The notes beneath the pieces are model-generated. The model saw nothing but the letters and a program-made list of their open reading frames with translations, had not been told where the DNA came from and ran no database searches. Positions 1 to 9,504 of a DNA stretch of 64,000 nt are shown here, piece after piece (the first letter of the stretch is position 1; each line of letters starts with the position of its first letter). The stretch lies in assembly GCA_027623675.1 (NCBI GenBank), contig JAQBVF010000012.1:1-64000 (forward strand), read 5' to 3'. Source of the stretch: Chloroflexota bacterium (GTDB taxonomy: Bacteria; Chloroflexota; Dehalococcoidia; Lucifugimonadales; UBA3495). Made by a program: the position numbers and the translations under genes.

Positions 1-17
1 CCTGTTGCCTCAGCCAT
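1..17 (-). CDS. 5' end of a gene running off the window (MAEAT...), plausibly the next arginine biosynthesis gene
   Basis: ATG at 17-15 preceded by GGGAGGGG Shine-Dalgarno-like sequence, downstream of argC; identity guessed from synteny only. Confidence 0.35.
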
Positions 18-133
18 CACTACCCCTCCCAAGTTCCGCCTTGACAGCCTCTATTTTATACAAATCTAAAATTATGCATAAGACGCGATTGCCCTGGGAG
101 CCTATCTTGATGCAAAGAATCCTCGCCTAACGC

Positions 134-1165
134 CTACGGGTAAACCGCCAGCGCCTCTAGCGAAGTCTCCTCCGGGAACCCGCACATCACGTTCATGTTC
201 TGCACCGCCTGTCCCGCGGCCCCCTTCACCAGGTTGTCGAGGCAACTGATGACGATCAATCGGCCGGTGCGTTCGTCGATGGACGGGTGCACCAGGCACA
301 GGTTGTTGCCCAGCGTCTGCTTGGTCTGGGGCGGCGTGGGCGTAACCCGCACGAACGGGTCGCCGGCGTAGTAGTCCCGGTACAGCTCCATGATCTTCTG
401 CCTGCCCTCTTCCCCGGACCAGTCCGCCGGATTGCTCAGGGTCGCATAGCAGGAACTCAGGATGCCCCGAGTCATGGGAATGAGGTGGGTCAGGAATGTC
501 AGGTTCAGTGGCTTGGGGGATAGCGAACCAAGCTCCTGGGTGATCTCCGGAAGGTGCCGGTGGCCTTTCAGGGCGTAGGCAAAGACGTTTTCGTTGACCT
601 CGGAGAAGTGGTTGGTCAGGTTCAGGGTTCGTCCGCCGCCGGACACGCCCGACTTGCTGTCCACGATGATGTCTTGGGTGATTATTCCCTGGGAAACCGC
701 CGGGGCCAGGCCCAAGATTGCGCTGGTGGGATAGCAACCCGGGTTGGCCACCAGCCGGCTCGCGCGGACATCGTCTCGGTGGAGTTCGGTTAGACCGTAA
801 ACGGCTTCTTCCAGGTAGGTGGGGTCCGGATGGTTCACGCCGTACCACTCTTGGTATTCGTCGGCCTGCTTGAGCCGGAAGTCGGCGCTGATGTCCACCA
901 CCTTCACGCCCTGTTCCAGGACTGGGATGCACGCCTCCGCGCTGGCCTTGTGGGGCAGGGCTGAGAAGACCAGGTCCAGGCTGCCGCTCAGTTCAGGCTC
1001 GATGGTCAGGTCCATGGCGGTTAAGTGGGGAAACACCTCGTTCAATGGCTGGCCGGCGGCGCTCCTGCCCGTGACAGAGGTCACTTGCACCTCGGGGTGA
1101 CGGTAAAGGATGCGGGCCAACTCGCTGCCTGCGTATCCGGTGATGTTGATGATCCCTACTTTCAT
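134..1165 (-). CDS. argC: N-acetyl-gamma-glutamyl-phosphate reductase
   Basis: N-terminal TGYAGSEL dinucleotide-binding motif, ANPGCYPT catalytic Cys, SGVSGGG, DNLVKGAAGQAVQNMN signature. Confidence 0.97.
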   Translation of the reverse strand: MKVGIINITGYAGSELARILYRHPEVQVTSVTGRSAAGQPLNEVFPHLTAMDLTIEPELSGSLDLVFSALPHKASAEACIPVLEQGVKVVDISADFRLKQADEYQEWYGVNHPDPTYLEEAVYGLTELHRDDVRASRLVANPGCYPTSAILGLAPAVSQGIITQDIIVDSKSGVSGGGRTLNLTNHFSEVNENVFAYALKGHRHLPEITQELGSLSPKPLNLTFLTHLIPMTRGILSSCYATLSNPADWSGEEGRQKIMELYRDYYAGDPFVRVTPTPPQTKQTLGNNLCLVHPSIDERTGRLIVISCLDNLVKGAAGQAVQNMNVMCGFPEETSLEALAVYP

Positions 1166-1194
1166 GTGTCCACTCTTTAATGCTTTGGGGTTGG

Positions 1195-1989
1195 TTAGGC
1201 GTCTTCTTGGGGCACGTGGGGCATGGGCGCGCCGCCGGTCCCAGCCAGGGTCCGCTGTTCAGCGGCGGCCAACGTGGCCAGGTCCGCCTTGCTCATGAAT
1301 TTCTTTCTGGAAGGACAGAGTCCGCCGACCACGCACTCGGGGCAGAGGGGCCGCTGGGCGCGGCACACCTGGCGTCCGTGGTTGATGTATGAGACGTGGA
1401 AGTTGAAGACCTCCGTCGGATCAACCTTGTCCTCCAGTATATCGTGGGCCTTGTCCACGCTCACCTTGGGACCGATGACCCCCAGCCGCTGACTCACCCG
1501 GTAGATGTGGGTGTCGATGGCCATGGCGGGCATGCCCAGGGAAAAGCTTAGCACGATTCCCGCCGATTTTGGACCGATGCCGGGAAGCTGCCGCAGCCAG
1601 GCCTTGGCCTCGCCCAGGGGCATCTCCCGGAGGAACGACAGGTCCAGAGAGCCGTTCAGTTCCAATATCTTGTTCAGGACCTCTTTGATGCGGGGCGCCT
1701 TGATCTTGGCCAAGCCGCCGGGGGCGATGGCTGCTTCGATGTCGGGGATACTCGCCGCCGCGACCTCTTCCAGGGTCCCGAACCGTTCCATCAAGCGCCG
1801 GTAGGCACGGCTGGAGTTGATGTCGGAGGTGTGTTGCGAAAGGATGGTAAAGACCAACTCATCGGTGGGCGGCAGGCGAGGTTCGTGGTCGAAAGGCCCG
1901 TATTGTTCGGTCATCATCATGACGGTCCGGGCGATATCGGCCTTGCTCTTGGTTCTGGGGGCCCTCTTTTTCACGCTGGTGTTAGGCAT
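1195..1989 (-). CDS. nth: Endonuclease III / HhH-GPD DNA glycosylase with 4Fe-4S cluster
   Basis: ILSQHT, HhH LPGIGPKSA, AIDTHIYRV, C-x6-C-x2-C-x5-C. Confidence 0.92.
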   Translation of the reverse strand: MPNTSVKKRAPRTKSKADIARTVMMMTEQYGPFDHEPRLPPTDELVFTILSQHTSDINSSRAYRRLMERFGTLEEVAAASIPDIEAAIAPGGLAKIKAPRIKEVLNKILELNGSLDLSFLREMPLGEAKAWLRQLPGIGPKSAGIVLSFSLGMPAMAIDTHIYRVSQRLGVIGPKVSVDKAHDILEDKVDPTEVFNFHVSYINHGRQVCRAQRPLCPECVVGGLCPSRKKFMSKADLATLAAAEQRTLAGTGGAPMPHVPQEDA

Positions 1990-2120
1990 GATTCGTTCTG
2001 CGTTGAATGGGTTTTTGGGTTGGGAGCCACCGGGTTGGGCTCAGTTGCGCTCAGTTGCGATCACCGGCCCACCGGCCGATTTTAGCATTCGTCACGCTAA
2101 AAGCAAAAACGGGTCGAGTC

Positions 2121-2156
2121 AAAATAAAAGGTCCGGGAGGCTAGCCTCCCGGACCT
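2121..2156 (-). terminator. Rho-independent terminator of the ABC operon
   Basis: Perfect palindrome AGGTCCGGGAGGCT/AGCCTCCCGGACCT followed on the minus strand by TTTATTTT. Confidence 0.8.
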
Positions 2157-2205
2157 GGTTCCTATCTTGGCGCCGGCCGTGACACCGGCCCTGTTGCTGG
2201 GGATG

Positions 2206-3210
2206 CTAGAACAGGTGGCACGTAAGCGAGTGGCCCGGCGCGATCTCTTTGTTCAGGGGTTTTTCCACCGAGCAACGGTCCATGGCCGCGGGGCAACGGG
2301 GGTGGAAGTAGCAGCCGGACGGCGGGTTGAGGGGCGATGGGACCTCACCCTGGAGGATGATCTCCTCCTGCTCCATGTCCGGGTGGGACGGCAGCGCCGC
2401 CGACATCAACGCCTTGGTATACGGGTGAGACGGGTTCTTGTAGAGCTCTTGCACCGGCGACAGCTCCACCATCTCGCCCAGGTACATGACCGCCACCCAG
2501 GTGCACATGTAGCGCACCGTGGCTAGGTCGTGGGCGATCAGCATGTAGGCCACGTTGTATTCTGCCTGCAGATCTTTCAGCAGGTTCATGATCTGGGCGC
2601 GGATGGACACGTCCAAAGCTGAGACCGGCTCGTCCAGCACGATAACCCTGGGGTTAAGGGCCAGCGCCCTGGCGATGGCCAGCCTCTGCCGCTGACCGCC
2701 AGAGAACTCGTGGGGGAACAGGTTGGAGTGATACTCGTTCAGGCCCACATCGTTCAGGAGCTTCATCACCCGCTGCTGTTGTTCAGCGTGCGTGATGTTC
2801 CAGTTGATGACCATCGGCTCGGCGATGATGTCTTTGACCCGCATCCGGGGGTTCAGCGAACTCCACGGGTCTTGGAACACTGCCTGCACCGAACTGCGGT
2901 ACGATTTTCTGACGGCGGCCGAAGAATGATGAACGTCTTGGCCCTCGAACAAGATACTGCCGTCGGTGGGTTCTTCCAGCATCAGCATCATCTTGGCCGT
3001 GGTGCTCTTACCGCAGCCGGACTCGCCCACAATGCCCAGGGTTTCACCGGCCCTGAGTTGGAAGGAGATGCCGTCTACCGCCTTGATGTGGCCGACGAGC
3101 TTGGAGAAGAGCAACCCCTTGGTTACTGGGAAGTACTTCTTCAGTTGCTTGGCCTCGAGCAGTACCCGCCCGACTTCTGATTTAGGTGTGGCTGATTCTG
3201 TAGTGGTCAT
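2206..3210 (-). CDS. oppF: Oligopeptide/dipeptide ABC transporter ATP-binding subunit
   Basis: GESGCGKST, FSGGQRQR, LDEPVSALD, C-terminal oligo_HPY Cys-rich domain. Confidence 0.93.
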   Translation of the reverse strand: MTTTESATPKSEVGRVLLEAKQLKKYFPVTKGLLFSKLVGHIKAVDGISFQLRAGETLGIVGESGCGKSTTAKMMLMLEEPTDGSILFEGQDVHHSSAAVRKSYRSSVQAVFQDPWSSLNPRMRVKDIIAEPMVINWNITHAEQQQRVMKLLNDVGLNEYHSNLFPHEFSGGQRQRLAIARALALNPRVIVLDEPVSALDVSIRAQIMNLLKDLQAEYNVAYMLIAHDLATVRYMCTWVAVMYLGEMVELSPVQELYKNPSHPYTKALMSAALPSHPDMEQEEIILQGEVPSPLNPPSGCYFHPRCPAAMDRCSVEKPLNKEIAPGHSLTCHLF

Positions 3211-4196
3211 TCCAACTTCCAGCAGTTTGCAGAGTGGCCTTCAGAGACTGTAGTCGTTTCGGGATATTGCTCCCGGCACTTGTCCATCACGGACGGGCAC
3301 CGGTCGGCGAAGGAGCAGCCGACGGGCAGATTATGGAGCGGGGGCGGCTGCCCCTCGATGGAGTACAGCCGTTCAACGTCCCGGTCCATCTTGGGCACTG
3401 AGGCCAGCAGGGCCTCGGTGTAGGGGTGGGATGGGTTGTTGAAGATGTCCCTAACGCTGCCATGCTCCACGATGCGGCCGGCGTACATCACCGCGACCCG
3501 GTCGCACATCTTGGCGACAATGCCAAAGTCGTGGGTGATGAAGATCAGCGAGAGATCGGAATCTTTCTGCAGGTCTTTCAGGAGTTTCAGGTATTGGGCC
3601 TGGATCGTCACGTCCAGCGACGTTGTCGGCTCATCGGCGATGAGCACCTGGGGCTGGCAGGAGATGCCGATGGCGCCCACCACTCTCTGCCGCATGCCGC
3701 CGCTCATCTGATGGGGGTAGTCCTTGACCCGGGATTCGGCGGCAGGGATGTTGACCTTCCGCAGCACCTGCAAAGCGGCCTCCGCGATGGAGCGCTTGGG
3801 TAGGTCTTGGTGAATCTTGATCGCCTCCTCAACCTGATCCCCGATGGAGAAAACCGGGTTCAACGAGGTCATCGGGTCCTGGATGATGAGGGCGATCTTC
3901 TTGCCCCGCATCTGGGCCATCTCGTCTTCCGATAGCTGCACCAGGTCGTCGCCGTCGAGGATTATCTCGCCGGAAACGATGCGTCCGGGAGGAATGGGGA
4001 TGAGCCGCATCAGCGAGAGCATGGTAACGGACTTGCCGCAACCAGACTCGCCGACGATTCCCAGTGTTTCGCCCTTGCGAAGGTCAAAGGATATCCCGTC
4101 TACAGCCTTAACCGTGCCCCAACGGGTCCGGAAGTAGGTCCGTAGGTCTTTGACCTCTAGAACTGTCTCCGTGTTAACTCTTGTTACGGTGGCCAT
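3207..4196 (-). CDS. oppD: Oligopeptide/dipeptide ABC transporter ATP-binding subunit
   Basis: GESGCGKS, MSGGMRQR, ADEPTTSLD, HPYT; 4-nt overlap with the downstream ATPase. Confidence 0.93.
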   Translation of the reverse strand: MATVTRVNTETVLEVKDLRTYFRTRWGTVKAVDGISFDLRKGETLGIVGESGCGKSVTMLSLMRLIPIPPGRIVSGEIILDGDDLVQLSEDEMAQMRGKKIALIIQDPMTSLNPVFSIGDQVEEAIKIHQDLPKRSIAEAALQVLRKVNIPAAESRVKDYPHQMSGGMRQRVVGAIGISCQPQVLIADEPTTSLDVTIQAQYLKLLKDLQKDSDLSLIFITHDFGIVAKMCDRVAVMYAGRIVEHGSVRDIFNNPSHPYTEALLASVPKMDRDVERLYSIEGQPPPLHNLPVGCSFADRCPSVMDKCREQYPETTTVSEGHSANCWKLE

Positions 4197-4290
4197 GAAA
4201 CTAATTCGTTCCTTTAGTTGCTGAGTGATGCGGGTAACCGCTTTCCGGTTACCCGTGATTCGCCGTTTCGAGCCTAGATCAGGGTGCTGG

Positions 4291-5331
4291 TCACTCCAGT
4301 TGGCGTAGGCGTGGGTCCAGGGTGTCCCGGAGCCAGTCGCCGAACAGGTTGAGCGACACCACCGTGATCATGATCGCGAGACCGGGGAAGGTGGATATCC
4401 ACCACACGCCGCCGGCCAGTTTATCGCGTCCGTCGGAGACCATCGAGCCCCAGGCGGGCGTGGGAGGTGGAACACCGGCGCCCAAGAAGCTGAGGGTCGA
4501 CTCCAGCAGGATCACGATCCCGACCTGCAGCGTCGCCACCACGATCAAGGTATTGATCGTGCCGGGGAATATGTGTATGAATAGGATCCGGACCGTTGAA
4601 GCGCCGGAAACCTTGGCCAATGACACGTAGTCCATGTGCTTAAGTTGAAGCACTTCACCCCGCACTTGGCGGGCGAACCTTGGCCAGATAAACAAACAGA
4701 GCACCGTAACGATGATCCATAACGACTGGCCCAGGGTAATCACCAGCACCAGTGCGATCAGGATCAACGGGATAGCCAGTTTGATATCGACCAGCCGCAT
4801 CAAGAATTCGTCAATGAAGCCGCCGTACCAGCCCGCCGCCAGACCCATGGCGACGCCGATGCTGCCGCCCACGCCCAGCGTGACTATCGATACGATCAAG
4901 GAGATTCTAGCGCCGTAAATCACGCGCGATAGAACGTCGCGGCCCAGTTGATCGGTCCCCAATAGGAACTTGGTGCTGCCTTCTGGCTGGACGGAAATCT
5001 CAATCTCGTCGCCGATCTGTGCGTCGGGATTGATCGCCTGGGCGTCCCGCAACGTTACGCTTGTTCCGCGTTCGTTGATCGACAACTGGGCAACCACGGT
5101 CTTGGTGGCTTTCACGCCACCGGACCAAGCCGGCGGGATATTGCGGTCCCGAAGCTCACCCTTTTCGGGGTCGTGGGGCGCCAGCCAGGGCGCGAACACC
5201 CCGGCAATGACCACCAGCGACAATAGAAATACTGGCACCAAGGGCCACCGTTTCAGCTTCCGGTAGATTCCGGCCGCTTTGTCCCTTCGTGTAGGGGGGG
5301 CAACTAATATTCCGCTAAGATCTGCTGCCAT
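4291..5331 (-). CDS. oppC: Oligopeptide/dipeptide ABC permease (OppC/DppC type) carrying a ~45-aa loop insertion
   Basis: LLGTDQLGRDVLSR, EAA-like YVSLAKVSGAS, LSFLGAGVPPPTPAWG, GDWLRDTLDPR. Confidence 0.93.
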   Translation of the reverse strand: MAADLSGILVAPPTRRDKAAGIYRKLKRWPLVPVFLLSLVVIAGVFAPWLAPHDPEKGELRDRNIPPAWSGGVKATKTVVAQLSINERGTSVTLRDAQAINPDAQIGDEIEISVQPEGSTKFLLGTDQLGRDVLSRVIYGARISLIVSIVTLGVGGSIGVAMGLAAGWYGGFIDEFLMRLVDIKLAIPLILIALVLVITLGQSLWIIVTVLCLFIWPRFARQVRGEVLQLKHMDYVSLAKVSGASTVRILFIHIFPGTINTLIVVATLQVGIVILLESTLSFLGAGVPPPTPAWGSMVSDGRDKLAGGVWWISTFPGLAIMITVVSLNLFGDWLRDTLDPRLRQLE

Positions 5332-5353
5332 CGTTCTCTCCTACTTCCTAAGC

Positions 5354-6271
5354 CTAAGCGTACCGGATTCTTGGGTCTACGTATGCGTACAGCACGTCTA
5401 CGACGAAAGCCGCGGTGACGTAAAGCAAAGTGAATGTGATCACCACTCCCTGCAGCAGCGGGTAATCAAAGGCGAACAACGCCTCGATGGCCAATCTGCC
5501 CAGGCCGGGCCAGGCGAACACGGTTTCCACTACCAGAGAACCAGTCACGAGAGCGCCCAGAGTTACTCCGGCGAAAGTCAGGGGCGGAATAAGAGCGTTT
5601 CTAAAGGCGTGCTTCAGGATGATGGTCCTGGAATTGACGCCCTTGGCCCGCGCCAGTTTGATGTACTCAGAATCTAGCACGTCTAGCATGGCCGAGCGCA
5701 CCAGCCGCAGATTTGCCGCGGCGTAATACCATCCCAAAGTCACGGCCGGCAGGATGATGCTATTCCAGTCTTGCTTGCCGTATGGCGGGAGAACCCCCAG
5801 CTTAACGGCGAAGAAGAACATCAGCATGATGCCCAACCAGAAGGGCGGCGCCGACTGCCCGATCAGGGCGATAAACTTGCCGAACGAGTCGATTAACGTA
5901 CCTCGTTTCACCGCTGATAAGATGCCCAACGGCACCCCGATCAACAGGGAGAAAGTGAAGGCGACGGTCCCTAGCAAAAGGGTCGCCGGGGCCCGTTCGA
6001 TAACGACATCGGTCACGGGCCGGGCCTCTCTAACCGACTCTCCAAAGTCGCCACGGACGGCGCCCTTGAGGAAGATTCCGTACTGCTGATAGTAGGGCTT
6101 GTCCAAGCCCAATACGGCGCCCATGCGGTCCCAGTCTTCCTGTGTCGAATAGTCGTCCAGGTAGATGTGCCTGGGATCTCCCGAGACCCTGCTCATTATG
6201 AAAATGATCAGGGACACGGAGAGCAGCGTTACGAACGCAAGGAGGAATCGGCGTACCAAATACTTTTGCAT
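5354..6271 (-). CDS. oppB: Oligopeptide/dipeptide ABC permease (OppB/DppB type)
   Basis: GDFGES, YIKLARAKG, VETVFAWPGLG, YAYVDPRIR. Confidence 0.93.
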   Translation of the reverse strand: MQKYLVRRFLLAFVTLLSVSLIIFIMSRVSGDPRHIYLDDYSTQEDWDRMGAVLGLDKPYYQQYGIFLKGAVRGDFGESVREARPVTDVVIERAPATLLLGTVAFTFSLLIGVPLGILSAVKRGTLIDSFGKFIALIGQSAPPFWLGIMLMFFFAVKLGVLPPYGKQDWNSIILPAVTLGWYYAAANLRLVRSAMLDVLDSEYIKLARAKGVNSRTIILKHAFRNALIPPLTFAGVTLGALVTGSLVVETVFAWPGLGRLAIEALFAFDYPLLQGVVITFTLLYVTAAFVVDVLYAYVDPRIRYA

Positions 6272-6315
6272 GCTTTATTTCCGTCAGTGTATCGCGTTTA
6301 GAATCTTAGACTGTC

Positions 6316-6831
6316 TTATGACCTGGTGAGGTACGCCCGGGCTGCCGCAAAAACGACACCCGCAACGTTAGCCCCAACAACAGAACCCAATGCCGTGTAA
6401 TAGACCGGTGATTTCGTCGGCATGGCGCAACATTCTACCTCTTGCGTCGACCCGTATTCAAATCCGGCCCAAGCCCCAAGCACCCCAGCTCCGACTACTA
6501 TGGCAGCCGTGAGTGCCAAGACCAAGGGCCGTTCCTGATCTATGTGAAGCCAGGCGGCGAATGCAGCCGTTCCAGCTCCCAATCCTGCTCCGAAGTACAG
6601 CGACGCGAACCAGGCGTCGGCTATACGCGATCCCGAAAAGACGAATAGCGCCCAGGCGATCGCTATGCCAATCATACTCAGCACGACGCCCAGCGCCACA
6701 CCTAAAACAGTGCGCCCGATGGGAAGCAAGAACGGACCCAACCTATCTCTTATGTCCCCACCGGGCGGAATCTGCAATTTTTTTTGGAACCCCTTAAGAA
6801 TACATACGCTCGAAAGCGCTATCCGGATCAC
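6316..6831 (-). CDS. Hypothetical membrane protein (~4 TM), start uncertain
   Basis: Several hydrophobic Gly/Ala-rich segments; co-oriented within the ABC cluster. Confidence 0.6.
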   Translation of the reverse strand: MIRIALSSVCILKGFQKKLQIPPGGDIRDRLGPFLLPIGRTVLGVALGVVLSMIGIAIAWALFVFSGSRIADAWFASLYFGAGLGAGTAAFAAWLHIDQERPLVLALTAAIVVGAGVLGAWAGFEYGSTQEVECCAMPTKSPVYYTALGSVVGANVAGVVFAAARAYLTRS

Positions 6832-6860
6832 TCCGGACTGGTTAGGTTGCTTGGTCTGAT

Positions 6861-8666
6861 CTAGCGGGGCTCGACGTACTCAAACCCATTGATCTGACGC
6901 AGGTCGCCCTGTTTGACGAGCCCGTTCCACGTGGCGAGTTTCGGTCCGATCGGCCATACGTTGTCGAAGACGTAGAGGCCGGTCTGGCCGAACACGTTGT
7001 CGAACTGCCAGCGGGCAACCTCAAGCTCAAGAGCTTCGCGTGCGGCCCGGTCGGTCGTTCCTTGGACTATCGGAATCTTCTCTTCCAAGAAGGGGTGCTC
7101 CGTGCCGTAACTGAACACCGAGTCGTTCAGATAGTTGGCGAATCCCTGCACCGGGGCCAAACGGATGGCCACCGAATGGCAGGAGACGCCCTCATAGGTG
7201 CGGGCGACGAACGTGGGCCGCAGTGTGCCGTAGGGCACGTTCTGGAACGTCACGTCCAAGCCGATATCGTCCCAGTACTGGGCGATGGCTTCGCAGGCTT
7301 CCACCTCGGATGGCGCCCCGCGAAGCGCCGGCGACAGGGTGATTGAGAACCCATCGGGGTATCCGGCTTTGGCCAGCAGGCTCTTGGCGCGCTCCGGGTC
7401 GAAGTCCCAGACCATGTCGTCAGGCAAGCGCTTTTCATCCGGACCGCCCCAGTCTCTAAGGGCTAGAGGATGGCCGAATCCCAGCAGCAACTCGTCGACG
7501 ATGGCCTGACGGTCGATGGATATGGACAGGGCTTCCCGGACCTTCCGGGCGGTCTCCCACTCTGCGGAGGCGGTATCGCTACTCGCCGACACCCAGGGGA
7601 GGTCGGTGTTGTAGTTGGGCCAGGGCGCTCCACCGCCATCGCGGGCGGGAACATACGTCTGTCCGTAGATGTTCAGTCCGGCCTGGCCGGCGTCGGGCAC
7701 CTGCATCAGCAGTGCGCCTTCAACCGTTTCAACCTCGGAGATGGAGTCCAGAGCCATCACGAAGGTGTCCAGGTTACCGGTTTTGAATCCGGCCACGCGG
7801 GCAGACTCTTCAGGAATCTTCCACTCCACTATCTCGGCGAATCTGGGCGTCTGGCGCCAGTGGTTTTCCACCGCCTTCAACCGCCAGAACTCTCCGGTTT
7901 TCCATTCGTCGATCTCCCAAGGACCGGTGGCGGCGGTGTTGCGGTTGGCTTCTTCTTCGCCTTCCTGATCGTACTGGGCCTTGCTCACGATCCAGGCGAT
8001 GGTTGCGCGGGGGGGCGCCAGTAATTCAAGGATGGGTATGTCGGAGAACGGCTTGCCCGAGTCGACCTGCCACGTGTAGTCATCCGAGGTCGATTGGGCG
8101 CCGTCTTCCGCGAAGAAGATCTTCTTCGCATTGGAAGCGCGGGCATGTTTCTCGCTGGTGGCGATCTGGTCGAAGGAGAACACCACGTCGGCGACAGTCA
8201 TCTCGCCGAACCCCTTATGGAATTGAACGCCTTTCCGGATGCGGTAGGTCCAAACCTGGCCGTTGGGGGAGATGTCCCAACCTTCAGCCAGCATGGGGCT
8301 AACCTTGTTGCTGTCGAAGTCGTAAACACCTAGTGTTTCTGTGATGGGCGCTGCGTTGTTCAAGAATATCTGTGGGTTACCGGCCAATTTTGGGCTCCCG
8401 AAGTAAGGCCCCAGCTCTTTTTGGCCGACATTGATGGTGCCAGCCGGCTTGGCCATAACCGCCGGCGCCTCGGTGGGAGCCGCGGTTAGGACGGGCGTTG
8501 CCGTGGAGCTGGTGGAGCCGGTAGACGGCAAAGCCGTCGGCTCGGCGGTTGGCGGGGCCGACACAGGTGTGGCGGTCGCAGACGATCCACAGGCTAATAT
8601 CACAGCCAGCAGAAGTGCCAGGGGTCCCAGGATCATAGTATTTGGGTGATTCAACCAATGGTTCAA
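6861..8666 (-). CDS. ABC transporter substrate-binding lipoprotein, family 5 (copy 1)
   Basis: Lipobox ILAC, Pro/Thr/Ala linker, PMLAEGWDISPNG..IRKGVQFHKG, ATGPW; TTG start with GGAGG. Confidence 0.92.
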   Translation of the reverse strand: MNHWLNHPNTMILGPLALLLAVILACGSSATATPVSAPPTAEPTALPSTGSTSSTATPVLTAAPTEAPAVMAKPAGTINVGQKELGPYFGSPKLAGNPQIFLNNAAPITETLGVYDFDSNKVSPMLAEGWDISPNGQVWTYRIRKGVQFHKGFGEMTVADVVFSFDQIATSEKHARASNAKKIFFAEDGAQSTSDDYTWQVDSGKPFSDIPILELLAPPRATIAWIVSKAQYDQEGEEEANRNTAATGPWEIDEWKTGEFWRLKAVENHWRQTPRFAEIVEWKIPEESARVAGFKTGNLDTFVMALDSISEVETVEGALLMQVPDAGQAGLNIYGQTYVPARDGGGAPWPNYNTDLPWVSASSDTASAEWETARKVREALSISIDRQAIVDELLLGFGHPLALRDWGGPDEKRLPDDMVWDFDPERAKSLLAKAGYPDGFSITLSPALRGAPSEVEACEAIAQYWDDIGLDVTFQNVPYGTLRPTFVARTYEGVSCHSVAIRLAPVQGFANYLNDSVFSYGTEHPFLEEKIPIVQGTTDRAAREALELEVARWQFDNVFGQTGLYVFDNVWPIGPKLATWNGLVKQGDLRQINGFEYVEPR

Positions 8667-8874
8667 GACGGACTGACCTCCAATCTATTTCTGGGATTGT
8701 GGTTAGCCATCTCACCCGGGACCCATTGTGCTTCCCGGGCGCGATATATTTTGCGTCTGTTCCTTTGTTTTTGGTCTGGTTTCTCATTGTTCCTGTGATC
8801 GGGCCCGGCTGGCGATTCTCTGGTCCAACCGATACCGGCGGATGCCAAGAGAGGACGGATTTTCCGTCCTCCCA

Positions 8875-8915
8875 AAGTGCTAAATAGATATATACTATCA
8901 GCTTTCGCAAGTCAA
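8875..8915 (-). promoter_or_regulatory. Promoter-like motif shared with the paralogous SBP gene
   Basis: TTGACTTGCGAA-N-GTATAT...GCACTTT, also present at ~11479-11522. Confidence 0.55.
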
Positions 8916-9190
8916 TAGGCCGAAACCGCGCACTAAAGGTTATTAGCTAGTGCGCGATTGAGCCTGGTAAATCAGGCCAGTTTCGTGGCCTGGGCTAACC
9001 AGATTAAGAATAGCGGCTGTTAATAGTGGATAGCAGGGAGTCTCATGTTCCATCTAACCGGCGGGCTAACCGGCCGAAGGGTCTTGTTAGGGCAATGATC
9101 GATACTCCCGGCGGCCCGGTGGAAGCCGATAATCAGCCTTGAGGACTATCTAGGAAGGAGGGGTTGGACGCCCCAGTTTCGCCCCTTGAT

Positions 9191-9312
9191 GTCCATTGGG
9201 AAGCCAATCGGGAAGGCCAGCGCGAATGCCATTGAGAAGCCCAATGGGAAGCCGGATTGGGAAGTCCCGTGGAGAAGGCCAATGGGGAGGCCAATGGGAA
9301 GGCCAATGAAAG
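9191..9312. repeat. Degenerate 12-13 bp tandem repeat, ~10 units (consensus ~GGCCAATGGGAA)
   Basis: Units read directly: GTCCATTGGGAA, GCCAATCGGGAA, ... GGCCAATGGGGA, GGCCAATGGGAA. Confidence 0.8.
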
Positions 9313-9504
9313 GCCGCGGCGGCTTCCTTTCGATATTCAAGCGCCAAACAGCCCGGTTCCGGCGAAATGAAACGCCCGGTGGGAACAAGACCTTTCATGC
9401 AGGTCTCACATGTCCCCACCGGGCGTTCCGTGTATGTCTAGTGCCTTCCATTTCAGGGCTTCGTCCGGACTGATCCGGATCTTTACCCCGGCATGGCCGT
9501 GGAT

